Positions 42,926 to 53,815 of a DNA stretch of 64,000 nt are shown one piece after another (the first letter of the stretch is position 1; each line of letters begins with the position of its first letter). Position numbers and translations under genes: made by a program. The stretch is from an uncultured bacterium (GTDB lineage Bacteria > Babelota > Babeliae > Babelales > Vermiphilaceae): the NCBI GenBank assembly GCA_963701085.1, contig OY969561.1, positions 576,001 through 640,000 on the forward strand, given 5' to 3'. The notes beneath the pieces were generated by a model. That model was not told the DNA's origin. It did no database searches and worked only from the letters and a program-made list of their open reading frames with translations.

Positions 42926-43711
42926 ATGAAAAAACATCTTTTTATTATGCTCAGCATCATCTCTATGCATGCTTATGCTATGGAAATGGAAGTTAAATCT
43001 ACTGATCCTATTATTGCTTTATTTACATATCCCACTGAAATTCTCGATCTTATTGCGCAGTTTTTACCATTTCATGATTTTGAAACTGAAGAAGAATTTA
43101 TTGCACGTACTCAAGCAATCACAACAAAAATTTTGCCTAAAGAATATCTTTTAGAACTTCCATTTCCTAAAATCAGATGCGTAACATACAGTTCAGACAA
43201 CGCAATAATTGCTCTATCACCAGAAGATAATATGGACATATTTGGAATCGTGCTGAATATAAATAACAACTTAACCATTATTAATAGAAAAAATAATCAA
43301 CGACAAGTACATACTATCAATCGGTCCCGCTACAAATTAGCGGTCTCATGTGATGAGAATCTAGTTGCAACTCTTTATTTAACTCGTAATCGTGATCAAT
43401 CCACTGAAAAAATGATATACCAATATGCCCTATGCATCACTAATTTTTCTACAGACAAAAAGAAATTTCATGATATTCCTCCCTTTTTCCCACTATACGA
43501 TGATCACCCTTGTATTGCTTTTAATAAACAAGGAACAAACATCATTGCTCACGCTAAAGATTCTCAACATATAATTTTTCCATTGACTATTAACACACCT
43601 AATCCAAATGCCGATCACCAAAAAACATTGGCTAAATATTTTGCACAGCGAGGAATTTGTAAAAATCTTACTGAACAAATTCCTCACATGAAATATTTAA
43701 ACAACAAATAA
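42926..43711 (+). CDS. Exported F-box-like / WD-like protein, copy 2
   Basis: Signal peptide, F-box-like motif, IAFNKQG, conserved C-terminus. Confidence 0.75.
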   Translation: MKKHLFIMLSIISMHAYAMEMEVKSTDPIIALFTYPTEILDLIAQFLPFHDFETEEEFIARTQAITTKILPKEYLLELPFPKIRCVTYSSDNAIIALSPEDNMDIFGIVLNINNNLTIINRKNNQRQVHTINRSRYKLAVSCDENLVATLYLTRNRDQSTEKMIYQYALCITNFSTDKKKFHDIPPFFPLYDDHPCIAFNKQGTNIIAHAKDSQHIIFPLTINTPNPNADHQKTLAKYFAQRGICKNLTEQIPHMKYLNNK

Positions 43712-43750
43712 GCTCAACAATCTCATAAATTTTTCAAAAAAAGGATTTTC

Positions 43751-44503
43751 ATGAAAAAACATCTTTTTATTATGCTCAGCATCATCTCTATGCATGCTTA
43801 TGCTATGGAAATGGAAGTTAAATCTACTGATCCTATTATTGATCTGTTAAAATATTCCACTGAAATTCTCGATCTTATTGCGCAGTTTTTACCATTTCAT
43901 GATTATGAAACTGAAGAAGAATTTATTGAACGTACTCAAACGTTAACAATTAAAAATATACCTCAAGAATATCACTTTAAATTTGCACTCACTAATATCA
44001 AATATTCAGCTTATAGCCCAGACAACGCAATAATTGCTGTAGCACACGAAATTAGATACATGCTGAGTGCAATGAAAAAATTAACCATTATTAATAGAAA
44101 AAATAATCAACAACAAACACATATTTTGAATCAGCCGTACTTCAAATTAGCAATATCATGTGATGGAAATCTAATTGCTACCATAGATTCCACTTTTCCA
44201 TGCGTAAAATATGTTGTAACAATAACTAATTTTTGCACAGACAAAAAAGAATTTTGTGATATTCCTCTTGATTTTTTTAAACAATACAATGCAAATCATC
44301 CTGCTATTGCTTTTAATAAACAAGGAACAAACATCATTGCTCACGCTAAAGAATCTCAATATATAATTTTTCCATTGACTGTTAACACACCAAACCCAAA
44401 TGCTGATAACCAAAAAACATTGGCTAAATATTTTGCACAGCGAGGAATTTGTAAAAATCTTACTGAACAAATTCCTCACATGAAATATTTAAACAACAAA
44501 TAA
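43751..44503 (+). CDS. Exported F-box-like / WD-like protein, copy 3
   Basis: As for copy 2. Confidence 0.75.
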   Translation: MKKHLFIMLSIISMHAYAMEMEVKSTDPIIDLLKYSTEILDLIAQFLPFHDYETEEEFIERTQTLTIKNIPQEYHFKFALTNIKYSAYSPDNAIIAVAHEIRYMLSAMKKLTIINRKNNQQQTHILNQPYFKLAISCDGNLIATIDSTFPCVKYVVTITNFCTDKKEFCDIPLDFFKQYNANHPAIAFNKQGTNIIAHAKESQYIIFPLTVNTPNPNADNQKTLAKYFAQRGICKNLTEQIPHMKYLNNK

Positions 44504-44535
44504 GCTCAAATAAAAAAAGAGAGGCGAGGAGCAAC

Positions 44536-46281
44536 TCATTTAGAAGGTGCAGCAGGAGCCGCAGGTGCCATAGGAACACCTGGCACACTCGGTGCTTGCC
44601 GATCAATCACCCAATTAAGCGTTTCAATAATCTTATCTTTATTCACCACCATATTAAATTCCATCTGATCCATAACCTGTTTTGCTTCTTGTTGCGTGTA
44701 CTCAAGATTAAGCGTCTTACAAACACCCCCCTCATTAGTACACGCTTCCATATTAAAACCTTCAATGGTGCTGTACTGACTCAATTCCGGCTTCATTTTA
44801 TTTTCTTGCCACAACTGCGCATCACTAATGCGTGGCATATATATAACAACGGGAACTGACGGATCTGTTTCATCTTTAAAAATAGAGATTGTCTTTTTAT
44901 CCATGTCAGTGTAATCAATCACCGGAAACTTAAGCCCATGATCACGTGCATATTTTTCAACTTTTTTCAGTTCACCTGGTATCCCACCCGAAGAATCCAA
45001 AAAGAATAGTACATCAGCTTTGCGCTCTGGACGTTCACCACTCACTGGTGGATATGGTAAATTAAATGCTAAAGCAGCATCAACAAGCTTTAATGCAGTT
45101 CGCGTTTCTAACCGTTCATATGCATGAGGGATAGATGACATACCTTTCATATAATTAAACACTTCTGCCCAAAAAACCCGCCTACCACCCATAGGCTGTA
45201 TAACATATTGATCAACCAATGATTTTAAAACAACATTAGAGAGATTTTTTGACACCGCATTCCACATAAAGCCAATATGAACTGCAAACGCCGATCCAAA
45301 CGTCCCCATATGAAACCCTAACGTTTGTTCAGGAGCAAAATCTAATGATTTTCCTGCAAAAAACTCACGTCCATATGCCCATGTTGGCACATAAATTTCA
45401 AACGATGCTGAGCCAATTTCATGAGGAGTAAACTCATACCAATGGGATCCATGCCACACCTTTTCACTACCATCAGTTGCAGTATAAATAGGATACGGCC
45501 AACTGCCATCTTTAACGCGTTCAGCTTGTTGCGATAAATAAATCATTTGTCTATCTTCACCAAATCCATCCAATAATCGGTTTGCTAATAACGCTCCATA
45601 CAGATCCACGGTGGTAACTGGTTGATTAAATGCCAATTTGGTTGCAATCACATCTGCAATGTGCCGTGCAGCTGTTGCATCAATTTTAAGTATATTTTGT
45701 ATCACAACACCTTCAAGATACTCCCTAAAATTAGCACACGACCACCCAGTAGCAAACCACGTTCCCAACATCCACGTTGATCCTGATAGCGCAGTAATAT
45801 AGGTTGCGGTATCTAACAAACCAATTTTTTCTGCACCAACCAAAAACCCTGTTGAGCCCAACATTGCACGATAGCCACCACCACTGCCGATAAATGCTAT
45901 CACCGGAATTTTTTTATCATCCAACACTCTACCCAATAAACTTTCTAACGCCACTTTTACTTTTGGCTCACGATATGCACGGTACGCCAGCTCCTCAGGA
46001 TGCAATTGATTACCAATACGTACGTGCGCAACAGTATTTTGATAAGGATTATTAAGAATGGCTTTTTCCTGAGATTTGATGACTTTAATCATCACCGGAG
46101 CTATAACTTCCCGCCCCATATACGTTTTTGCTTCCTCATAGCGCTGCTTTAAGGCCACTACCGCAGCATTTTTCCACCCCCGCAGCATTTCTGTATAATC
46201 AACCGTGCGTGTCCCCCGCACGATAATCAAAAATACGCACGCTACAATCGTACAAAAAATATGTACTCTAAAACGCTTCAT
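44536..46281 (-). CDS. cPLA2 / lysophospholipase (PLA2_B) catalytic domain protein with N-terminal anchor
   Basis: GSGGGYRAM oxyanion hole, LSGSTW nucleophile, WYEFTP, LVDAALAFNLPYP catalytic Asp region. Confidence 0.88.
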   Translation of the reverse strand: MKRFRVHIFCTIVACVFLIIVRGTRTVDYTEMLRGWKNAAVVALKQRYEEAKTYMGREVIAPVMIKVIKSQEKAILNNPYQNTVAHVRIGNQLHPEELAYRAYREPKVKVALESLLGRVLDDKKIPVIAFIGSGGGYRAMLGSTGFLVGAEKIGLLDTATYITALSGSTWMLGTWFATGWSCANFREYLEGVVIQNILKIDATAARHIADVIATKLAFNQPVTTVDLYGALLANRLLDGFGEDRQMIYLSQQAERVKDGSWPYPIYTATDGSEKVWHGSHWYEFTPHEIGSASFEIYVPTWAYGREFFAGKSLDFAPEQTLGFHMGTFGSAFAVHIGFMWNAVSKNLSNVVLKSLVDQYVIQPMGGRRVFWAEVFNYMKGMSSIPHAYERLETRTALKLVDAALAFNLPYPPVSGERPERKADVLFFLDSSGGIPGELKKVEKYARDHGLKFPVIDYTDMDKKTISIFKDETDPSVPVVIYMPRISDAQLWQENKMKPELSQYSTIEGFNMEACTNEGGVCKTLNLEYTQQEAKQVMDQMEFNMVVNKDKIIETLNWVIDRQAPSVPGVPMAPAAPAAPSK

Positions 46282-46524
46282 ACCCGCCCCCTGTTTTCTT
46301 ACAAAAAATATCTATTTATAGTGTAATCTACTCAAAAATAACTATGCAACGCAACATCATTACAATTCAGTAAAAAAATAGACTTTTTTCCCCCAATAGT
46401 ACGGTCTAATCGATCAAAAGCATCTTTTTTACAATTACAACATTTCTATTTGACATTTTCTGTTTTTATAGTAAACTAAGTAATGAGATAGATTAATAAT
46501 AATTATTACTCAAAAGGACACATA

Positions 46525-46989
46525 ATGACTACAAAACAAATGCTACTTTCAGCTCTTATGCTTGGCGCTACAAGCAATATTGCATTAGCAATTGACGCAA
46601 CAGATAAAGTTTTTAATGAAGGATGGAACAACAGCTTAGAGGGTGAAGACCTCGAGCTCGCTATCTTTTTTCAACATAGCACTAAACTGGATCCTATAAA
46701 AATAGTAGAAAAGTATAACTATCCAGAAGGGAAGAAATTTATGGCAATGGAAAGTATTGGTGAACTAAAAAAAGATCCATCTCGATCTCTCCCCTATCAA
46801 TTAAGCGCTTTGCAACACATAATTTCCAACAATGCCACATCATGTAGTCATGGTACAATAATCCTTAACTCTACAGACATCAATGATTGTCAATACCTAC
46901 GCGATGAATATGAACAATTTGGTACAGAAAAAGGTTTTCTTAATACGGAAAATGGTTTTCTTAAAAAGAAAAACAATACGCCAAAGTAA
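46525..46989 (+). CDS. Exported hypothetical protein
   Basis: AAGGA RBS, signal peptide ending ALA. Confidence 0.7.
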   Translation: MTTKQMLLSALMLGATSNIALAIDATDKVFNEGWNNSLEGEDLELAIFFQHSTKLDPIKIVEKYNYPEGKKFMAMESIGELKKDPSRSLPYQLSALQHIISNNATSCSHGTIILNSTDINDCQYLRDEYEQFGTEKGFLNTENGFLKKKNNTPK

Positions 46990-47024
46990 TGATCAATCAT
47001 AATAAATTCATCACGTAAAACTAA

Positions 47025-47062
47025 TAAAAAAACCCCATGCTTACAAACATGAGGTTTTTTTA
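47025..47062. terminator. Bidirectional terminator
   Basis: TAAAAAAACCCCATG...CATGAGGTTTTTTTA between convergent genes. Confidence 0.75.
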
Positions 47063-47087
47063 TTATCAAAATTAAAAAAGTTACACG

Positions 47088-48596
47088 CTATTCTTTAATC
47101 CGCAATGTTGGGAATAAAATAACATCACGAATTGATGATGCGTTAGTCAAGAACATGGTGAGACGATCAATGCCAATGCCACAGCCAACAGTTGGCGGCA
47201 GGCCATATTCAAGAGCTGTTACATATTGCGCATCGTAAAAATGCGTTTCATCCTCTCCCGCTGCACGGGCTTTTGCCTGATCGTGGAAACGCTCAGCTTG
47301 ATCAAATGGATTATTCAACTCAGAAAAACCATTCGCCAATTCCATGCCCGCAATATACAATTCAAAACGATCCGCAAAATCATAATTATCCGCATTACGC
47401 TTAGAAAGTGGTGATACTTCAACAGGAAATTGCGTAATGAATGTTGGTTGAATAAGTGTTGATTCCACCAACTCTTCAAACAACGTATTAAGCCTATATC
47501 CCCATGATGGATCTTTTTGTTCAAGTTTTATTTTATGCGCAGCAACAATTGCATCAATTTTATCGCCCTCAAGATCCGTAATCTTACAGCCAACAACCTT
47601 TGCAACCGCTTCTTGCATGGTCATGCGTGCAAATGGTGCACTGAAATTCAACGCATGGTCACCAAATTGTACTTGGGTTTTATCAGCACACACCGCATGA
47701 GCAAGATATTCCAACAATTTCTCAGTCAATGACATCATAAACATATAATCATGATGTGCTATATAATATTCCACCGTGGTGAATTCTGGATTATGACGAA
47801 TGGAAAGACCTTCATTTCTAAAGCAACGATTAATTTCATACACGCGTTCAAAACCACCAACAACCAAACGCTTTAAATAAAGTTCTGGTGCGATGCGTAA
47901 AAACAACTCCATATCCAGTGCATTATGATGCGTTATAAAAGGTTTTGCAATTGCGCCACCCGGAATTGGATGAAGCATTGGTGTTTCCACTTCCAAAAAC
48001 CCATGCTCTTTAAAAAACAACCGCATTGATGAAACAATATGTGACCGTTTTGCAAAACGATCTCTGCTTTCTGCGTCAGTAATAAGATCTAAATAACGCT
48101 GACGATACTTAATTTCCTTGTCCGCTATACCATGAAATTTTTCTGGCAGTGGATGAAGGCATTTGCTCAGTAAGATAAATTCTTGCGCTTTAATAGTCAC
48201 TTCACCGGTTTTAGTGCGGAAAGATTTCCCTTTGCACCAAATAATATCGCCAAGATCAATGAAATCATTGAGAAGAATAAACGCTTGCTCGCCAATTGTA
48301 TCTTCACGTAAATACAGCTGTATTTTACCGCGTGGGTCTTGAATGGTAACAAATCCCGCCTTACCATGCATGCGAGAAGTTAGAATACGACCAGCAACTT
48401 CATAGGTACGTGATTCTTTTTCATCAGAAAATTCTGCCAAAACTTCATTACTTGTTGCGTTGGTTGGTTTGAATGGTGGCCATGGATCAATACCAATGGC
48501 ACGCATTTTTTCAACTTTTTCAACACGAATTTTATACTGCTCTTCTGGTAACTCGTGCGAACTGTTTTTTAATTCCATGCTAAATATCCTATACAA
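47088..48596 (-). CDS. lysS: Lysyl-tRNA synthetase class II
   Basis: [33 protein letters not shown]. Confidence 0.98.
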   Translation of the reverse strand: MYRIFSMELKNSSHELPEEQYKIRVEKVEKMRAIGIDPWPPFKPTNATSNEVLAEFSDEKESRTYEVAGRILTSRMHGKAGFVTIQDPRGKIQLYLREDTIGEQAFILLNDFIDLGDIIWCKGKSFRTKTGEVTIKAQEFILLSKCLHPLPEKFHGIADKEIKYRQRYLDLITDAESRDRFAKRSHIVSSMRLFFKEHGFLEVETPMLHPIPGGAIAKPFITHHNALDMELFLRIAPELYLKRLVVGGFERVYEINRCFRNEGLSIRHNPEFTTVEYYIAHHDYMFMMSLTEKLLEYLAHAVCADKTQVQFGDHALNFSAPFARMTMQEAVAKVVGCKITDLEGDKIDAIVAAHKIKLEQKDPSWGYRLNTLFEELVESTLIQPTFITQFPVEVSPLSKRNADNYDFADRFELYIAGMELANGFSELNNPFDQAERFHDQAKARAAGEDETHFYDAQYVTALEYGLPPTVGCGIGIDRLTMFLTNASSIRDVILFPTLRIKE

Positions 48597-48650
48597 TAAA
48601 CCGAATCATATCTAATTTATTAGTATAGGATATTTGTATTTTTTTACCAC

Positions 48651-49268
48651 TTACTCAGTAATCGCTCGATAATTTTCTTCAACCATATCCCAATTAATCA
48701 CATGCCACCATGCAGTAATATAATCAGGGCGCTTATTTTGATACTGCAAATAATACGCATGCTCCCACACATCAAGACCCATAATGGGGGTTGCATCATA
48801 TGATAATGGTGAATCTTGATTAGGCAATGCGGTCACCACCAATTTCCCCGTAGCATGATGAACAGAAAGCCATGCCCATCCACTACCAAACACTGATTTT
48901 GCTCGGTCATTAAAAAGTGATTGAAATTCTGCAAAACCGCCAAATTCCTTTCTAATTTCATCTGCCACCAAACCGTTCGGTTTCCCCCCACCATTTTTTT
49001 TCATAATCTTCCAAAACAGTGAATGATTAAAATGGCCGCCAGCATTATTGCGCACCGCTGTGCGAATCCCCTCTGGCACTGCCGGCAAATCAATCAATAA
49101 ACTTTCCACCGATGTTGGCTGAAATTGAGGTGTTGTTTCAAGTGCTGCAATTAAATTATTAATATATGCTTGATGATGTTTATCGTGATGAATTTCCATG
49201 GTGCGAGCATCAATATACGGTTCAAGGGCGCCAAATTCATATGGTAGTGCGGGTAATACAAATTTCAT
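48651..49268 (-). CDS. sodA: Superoxide dismutase (Mn-type signature)
   Basis: HHDKHH, NNAGGHFNH, NQD, DVWEHAYY. Confidence 0.93.
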   Translation of the reverse strand: MKFVLPALPYEFGALEPYIDARTMEIHHDKHHQAYINNLIAALETTPQFQPTSVESLLIDLPAVPEGIRTAVRNNAGGHFNHSLFWKIMKKNGGGKPNGLVADEIRKEFGGFAEFQSLFNDRAKSVFGSGWAWLSVHHATGKLVVTALPNQDSPLSYDATPIMGLDVWEHAYYLQYQNKRPDYITAWWHVINWDMVEENYRAITE

Positions 49269-49319
49269 AACAACCTCTTTTACAAAAATTTTAAATAATA
49301 CGTATCATACCAAAAAAAC

Positions 49320-49604
49320 CTACGTCCCAATATAAAAAAGCTCATCACCTTTGCGCGCCATCTGCAACTGCTCTCTCGCAACTTTTTCTTTATAAAAATC
49401 ATCCGTCTGCCATGCATAAATCTCTTTTTCCAACTGAGCAACTTCATCATCAAGCTGCGTAATAGCGTGTTTCAACTCAATAACACCATTTTTCTGCTCC
49501 TGTAAAACCTTAATACCATTATTACCAAAAAAATAAATATGCCCAAATGCTGCCATCTCAAGCAACAATACAACTTTCATGAACATTTTTTTGAATCGTA
49601 TCAT
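49320..49604 (-). CDS. Septum formation initiator (FtsB/DivIC family)
   Basis: TM helix, coiled coil, EKVAREQLQMARKGD. Confidence 0.85.
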   Translation of the reverse strand: MIRFKKMFMKVVLLLEMAAFGHIYFFGNNGIKVLQEQKNGVIELKHAITQLDDEVAQLEKEIYAWQTDDFYKEKVAREQLQMARKGDELFYIGT

Positions 49605-49715
49605 ATATCCCCCTTTCTCTATTCTTTGTGATCAACTATCTATCTAATCGTATTATTCAATTTTATTGACTTATGTTGCAATATTTAGGCTTTACTTAAA
49701 GAAAAAGGAGTTGAA

Positions 49716-51203
49716 ATGAAAAACATACGTATCGTCTACGCTGTCCTTATAACATTGCTCACCGCATCATTTACCAGCACACAAGCACCTCAAATCTCCG
49801 CGCAAGTATCTGATGAAACCTTTGATGAAACAATATTTAATTGGTCACGAACATTCGCGCAAGCAATGGATATAGCTCATAAAAAACATTACGCCATAAC
49901 AAATCCTCAAGACAATATGATCAAAGCAATTGATGGGTTTATTAACTCACTCGATGCCCATTCAAATTTTTTAGACCCTAAAACATATCGTGAAATGTTG
50001 GAAATGACCTCGGGCGAATTTTTTGGCGTAGGTATTGTCATTGATAATATGAGAAAAACAAAGGATAAATTTTTAACCATTGTTGATACCATTCCTGACG
50101 GCCCAGCGGATAAAGCTGGTATCCAACCAATGGATAAAATTATAGAAATAAATGGAGAGATACTCGAAGGGCTTACCACGGAAAAAATAATTTCACAGCT
50201 TAAAGGGGAACGGCATTCAACCGTTAAAGTAAAAGTAATGCGGGAAAATAGTCCTGACCTACTTCCGTTTGATATTGTACGTGATGTTGTTAAAGAACAA
50301 CATTCGCTCAGCTTCCATATTAAAAGTCATAACATCTCATACCTCTCATTAAGTATGTTCACTGATGCCGCCGTCAAACAAATTGAAACATTACTCAAAA
50401 AATCACAGGAGCAACACGCCAAAGGTTTAATACTTGATTTACGTAACAATTCTGGTGGACTACTCAATGCCGCAATTGATATTGCCGGGCTATTCTTGAA
50501 AAAGGGAAGCCTTGTCACGTTAACAAAAGATAAACATGGCAAAGAAATTGAACGGTATTCAACAACAAGAAACCCCCTTGCAAAAAACACGTTGCCTATT
50601 TTTATTCTCATCAATAATTATACCGCCTCAGCTGGTGAAATTCTTGCAGGCTGCCTTAAAATTAACTCTGACACAACAAATAATTATTTAGTATTTTTAG
50701 TTGGGACCAAAACATTTGGCAAAGGATCAGTACAAGAAGTTATTCCAATAAGCAACAACTGTGCGCTCAAAATAACCACTTGTCTCTATTTCTTACCTGA
50801 TAACACCACCATTCAAGGCACCGGCATTGAACCTGATTTTATAATTGAGCGCACCACGCCGCCAACAGAACAAATACAATGGTTCATCAAAAATTATGGC
50901 CGAGAAGAAACGCTTGATAATTATATAAAAGTCACCAAAAATGGTATGCCTTTGCCAAAAGAGAAAAAAGAAAAACACGCTGCACCAGAAACTAAAAAAA
51001 ATGAAGGGAGACGGTTTGATCGTGCAAAAGAGATGCTCCAAAACGATAATCAATTACGTGACTGCATTTCACTCATTAGCACGCTCAACACAGCACAAAC
51101 ATATACACCAAAACTGGTAACAACACGTGCAGACGCCCTTACATACCTCAAGCAGAATCATATTAGTAATGATAAGCTTGAAATTGAGGAGGTTAAGATA
51201 TGA
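49716..51203 (+). CDS. ctpA: S41 carboxyl-terminal protease with PDZ domain
   Basis: LDAHS, LDLRNNSGG, TASAGEI, TFGKGSVQ. Confidence 0.93.
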   Translation: MKNIRIVYAVLITLLTASFTSTQAPQISAQVSDETFDETIFNWSRTFAQAMDIAHKKHYAITNPQDNMIKAIDGFINSLDAHSNFLDPKTYREMLEMTSGEFFGVGIVIDNMRKTKDKFLTIVDTIPDGPADKAGIQPMDKIIEINGEILEGLTTEKIISQLKGERHSTVKVKVMRENSPDLLPFDIVRDVVKEQHSLSFHIKSHNISYLSLSMFTDAAVKQIETLLKKSQEQHAKGLILDLRNNSGGLLNAAIDIAGLFLKKGSLVTLTKDKHGKEIERYSTTRNPLAKNTLPIFILINNYTASAGEILAGCLKINSDTTNNYLVFLVGTKTFGKGSVQEVIPISNNCALKITTCLYFLPDNTTIQGTGIEPDFIIERTTPPTEQIQWFIKNYGREETLDNYIKVTKNGMPLPKEKKEKHAAPETKKNEGRRFDRAKEMLQNDNQLRDCISLISTLNTAQTYTPKLVTTRADALTYLKQNHISNDKLEIEEVKI

Positions 51204-52159
51204 AACACAACACAACAAGATTCCCCTCTTTCATAATTTCTTTTTCTGCGCTCGTCCTGATGCTTCGACGTTGCTCAGCAGTAAGCACCCGCCTGGCCTC
51301 CGAAGCCTCGGCGAAGGACGGCTTGAAGGATATCCTCGAGCGCTCGAAGAAACCCTTCAACAGGTTCCCTACTTCGCCAAGGCTTCGTCGGACACGCAGC
51401 ACGAGCGCGGGAATAATTATTTTTTTGGTTATCTTTTTCAACAACGTTAATTATGCCCTCATCATTGAAAGTAATCGTCTTGATTGCGTACTTGATCACA
51501 TTAGCCCCAACACACTCGTCATTTTTGATATTGATAACACGCTTGCGCATCCAACAGAAGAGCTGAGCAGTGATGAATGGTTTTGCTATTTAGTAGACAC
51601 AAAAATGGCTGAAGGTTTTGATTATCTGACATCAGTATATTATGCACTACCACGCGCCTATTACGCTCAATTTAATGTTCCCCTAGAGCCAACTGAACCA
51701 GGTATACCAGAACTCATTGCGCAACTTATTGATAATGGCGTTCCGGTAATGGCACTTTCTACTCGCACGATTTTTATTGCGGAAAGAACACTTGAACAAT
51801 TAGACAACATCAATATTAGTTTTTTTGTCCCCGATATTGATCCTCATGATCTTATTTTACCAATGCACTATCTCTGTTTTTACAAGCGTGGCATTTTATT
51901 CAGCGGCAATAATGATAAAGGACAGTCTCTCGACTGTTTTTTTGACGTCATGGATTACCATCCAGAAATGGTAATTTTTGTTGATGATAAAATGATGCAC
52001 CTACTTTCTGTTGAAAAAGCATTAGAAGTACATTGTATACCATTCGTCGGCATTCGCTATTCCGGATGCGATGAACGCGTTAGAAACTTTGATCCTGCAA
52101 AAAGTGAAGCCCAATGGCAAGAAATCAAGAAACAAAATGCTCTAGTTTTTACTCAATAA
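51200..52159 (+). CDS. HAD-like (DUF2608-type) protein; N-terminus carries an in-frame composite palindromic insert
   Basis: FDIDNTL, LSTR, KG, FVDDK. Confidence 0.82.
   Translation: MKHNTTRFPSFIISFSALVLMLRRCSAVSTRLASEASAKDGLKDILERSKKPFNRFPTSPRLRRTRSTSAGIIIFLVIFFNNVNYALIIESNRLDCVLDHISPNTLVIFDIDNTLAHPTEELSSDEWFCYLVDTKMAEGFDYLTSVYYALPRAYYAQFNVPLEPTEPGIPELIAQLIDNGVPVMALSTRTIFIAERTLEQLDNINISFFVPDIDPHDLILPMHYLCFYKRGILFSGNNDKGQSLDCFFDVMDYHPEMVIFVDDKMMHLLSVEKALEVHCIPFVGIRYSGCDERVRNFDPAKSEAQWQEIKKQNALVFTQ
51248..51408. repeat. Family-A element with inserts in both arms
   Basis: Right arm GGTT[CCCTACTTCGCCAAGGCTTCGTCGGACACG]CAG; left-arm insert similar to that at 10546-10605. Confidence 0.9.
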
Positions 52160-52188
52160 CTATTTACCAATTTATTAAAAGGTATGTC

Positions 52189-52815
52189 ATGAAAAGCCTA
52201 TTTCATCTCTCCATAATTTTAATGAGCACCATGTTAATAATCAGTGTCAATAGTTCATGCATGGAAAAACAAATCTCATGCGCTTCCAATCAATCTGATT
52301 ATCAAAAACTAATGAATATCATTGAAGAACGACTTGTGATGGAAGAAATTCAAAAATATAACATAAGATATGTAGAAGACAAATTAAGTAGAATAAAACA
52401 ACGAGAATTTTTGCAATCTTTAGACAAACATCAAAATAAACCGGAAAACAAACCGGTCTTTATTATAAAAAAAACATTCTTTAAGCCTAAAATAAAAAAA
52501 GATTTATTAACACAATCTATTTTTAAGGCAATTGAATTACGCCACCACCTGGACCATAAATTTGAGCTGCCAAAACAATCTCTGAGTAATCAAATTCGCT
52601 ATTATGTAATTAAAGACAAGCCTGCCGTATTAGTCGTAGCTAAATTAACAAATAAAGAGCACATTCAGGAAATCATTGATAGGTATAATAAAGCTAAAAA
52701 TGGTACATATATCAATAAAAACAGCTTGTTAGAACAAATTTCCACTATAAAAATCAGCACTGCTTTCATATCTTTTGTGTGCCTATTGTTAATCTTAAGC
52801 CAGGTACACTCATGA
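52189..52815 (+). CDS. Exported hypothetical protein with a C-terminal TM anchor
   Basis: Signal ...NSSC|MEK; AFISFVCLLLIL tail. Confidence 0.65.
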   Translation: MKSLFHLSIILMSTMLIISVNSSCMEKQISCASNQSDYQKLMNIIEERLVMEEIQKYNIRYVEDKLSRIKQREFLQSLDKHQNKPENKPVFIIKKTFFKPKIKKDLLTQSIFKAIELRHHLDHKFELPKQSLSNQIRYYVIKDKPAVLVVAKLTNKEHIQEIIDRYNKAKNGTYINKNSLLEQISTIKISTAFISFVCLLLILSQVHS

Positions 52816-52835
52816 AAAAAGAAAGAGCCTTTATA

Positions 52836-53342
52836 ATGAAAAAAATATCTCTCTACGCTATCTTATTACTCGCAAGCATATCTATCATCACAAACATTAA
52901 TTGCATACGCAGAAGGGAAAGCTCTCCCGTTTACACTCTCGGTATTTTAGAAAAAGATTCAAAATTACTTTTTCTACTCCGACAAAACAGCAAATTTTTC
53001 AATGATTATTATGGACTCATGGGAGGCACCGTTGAACAACATGAATCAGTTGCTGATGCCTTAATTCGTGAAGCATATGAAGAAATAGGTATCACCATCA
53101 CAAAAGACAACCTACATTTTGCACATTGTCTTTCTTTTACCAACGCAAACAATGAAGATGTTTTATTATTAGTTTTTAAAGTTATTGATTGGGATGTTGA
53201 ACCAATTAATAACGAGCCACATAAATGCGTAGAACTTGCTTGGTTTTCACCTGCTGAACTACCAGAGAATATTATACCTCGCCACCGTCAAATTATAGAA
53301 ATGGTGCACAATTCTATTTTATACTCAGAAGACGGTTGGTAA
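52836..53342 (+). CDS. NUDIX hydrolase with a signal peptide
   Basis: GGTVEQHESVADALIREAYEEIG Nudix box, EPHKC; hydrophobic leader. Confidence 0.88.
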   Translation: MKKISLYAILLLASISIITNINCIRRRESSPVYTLGILEKDSKLLFLLRQNSKFFNDYYGLMGGTVEQHESVADALIREAYEEIGITITKDNLHFAHCLSFTNANNEDVLLLVFKVIDWDVEPINNEPHKCVELAWFSPAELPENIIPRHRQIIEMVHNSILYSEDGW

Positions 53343-53424
53343 AAAAACTGTTCAAAAAAAATATAAAAAAAGAGTATTATTTGGATAGTAAAATACCCGG
53401 TGATTTTTTAATTGAAAGATACTC

Positions 53425-53769
53425 ATGAAAAAAGTAATAATAATATCCACCATTCTCTGTTCTATTACAACCAACAGCATATTTGGCATGCTCCTCAAAC
53501 AATGCCGAACAATAACAGCGCAAAAAAATGTCTCCTTAGCAAGAAAAAATTGCACGAACATAAAACAATTCAACTATGATGAACTTCTATTGCTCATGCA
53601 AAAAGAAAATAGTGATTTAAAAAAAGAAAACCTATTGCTGAAACAAAACATTACATTACTCAAAGAAAAAACCTTACATCAAACATTACAAACTGATGCA
53701 CAACAAACAACTCCCTTCAGAAGTGCAGACAGAGATTTTTACCACAACAACATGAACAAAAATCACTAA
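53425..53769 (+). CDS. Small exported coiled-coil protein
   Basis: Signal ...SIFG|MLLKQCR; heptad repeats. Confidence 0.7.
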   Translation: MKKVIIISTILCSITTNSIFGMLLKQCRTITAQKNVSLARKNCTNIKQFNYDELLLLMQKENSDLKKENLLLKQNITLLKEKTLHQTLQTDAQQTTPFRSADRDFYHNNMNKNH

Positions 53770-53782
53770 TATCCTGAAATTA

Positions 53783-53815
53783 AATAGCGTAACGCTTCAA
53801 TGGCATTACGCTATT
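53783..53815 (+). terminator. Hairpin after ORF
   Basis: AATAGCGTAA...TTACGCTATT. Confidence 0.55.

Noticed and set aside
42110-44503. Diversity-generating retroelement behind the variable paralogs
   Set aside because: No reverse transcriptase in the window; the differences include indels and are not obviously adenine-restricted.
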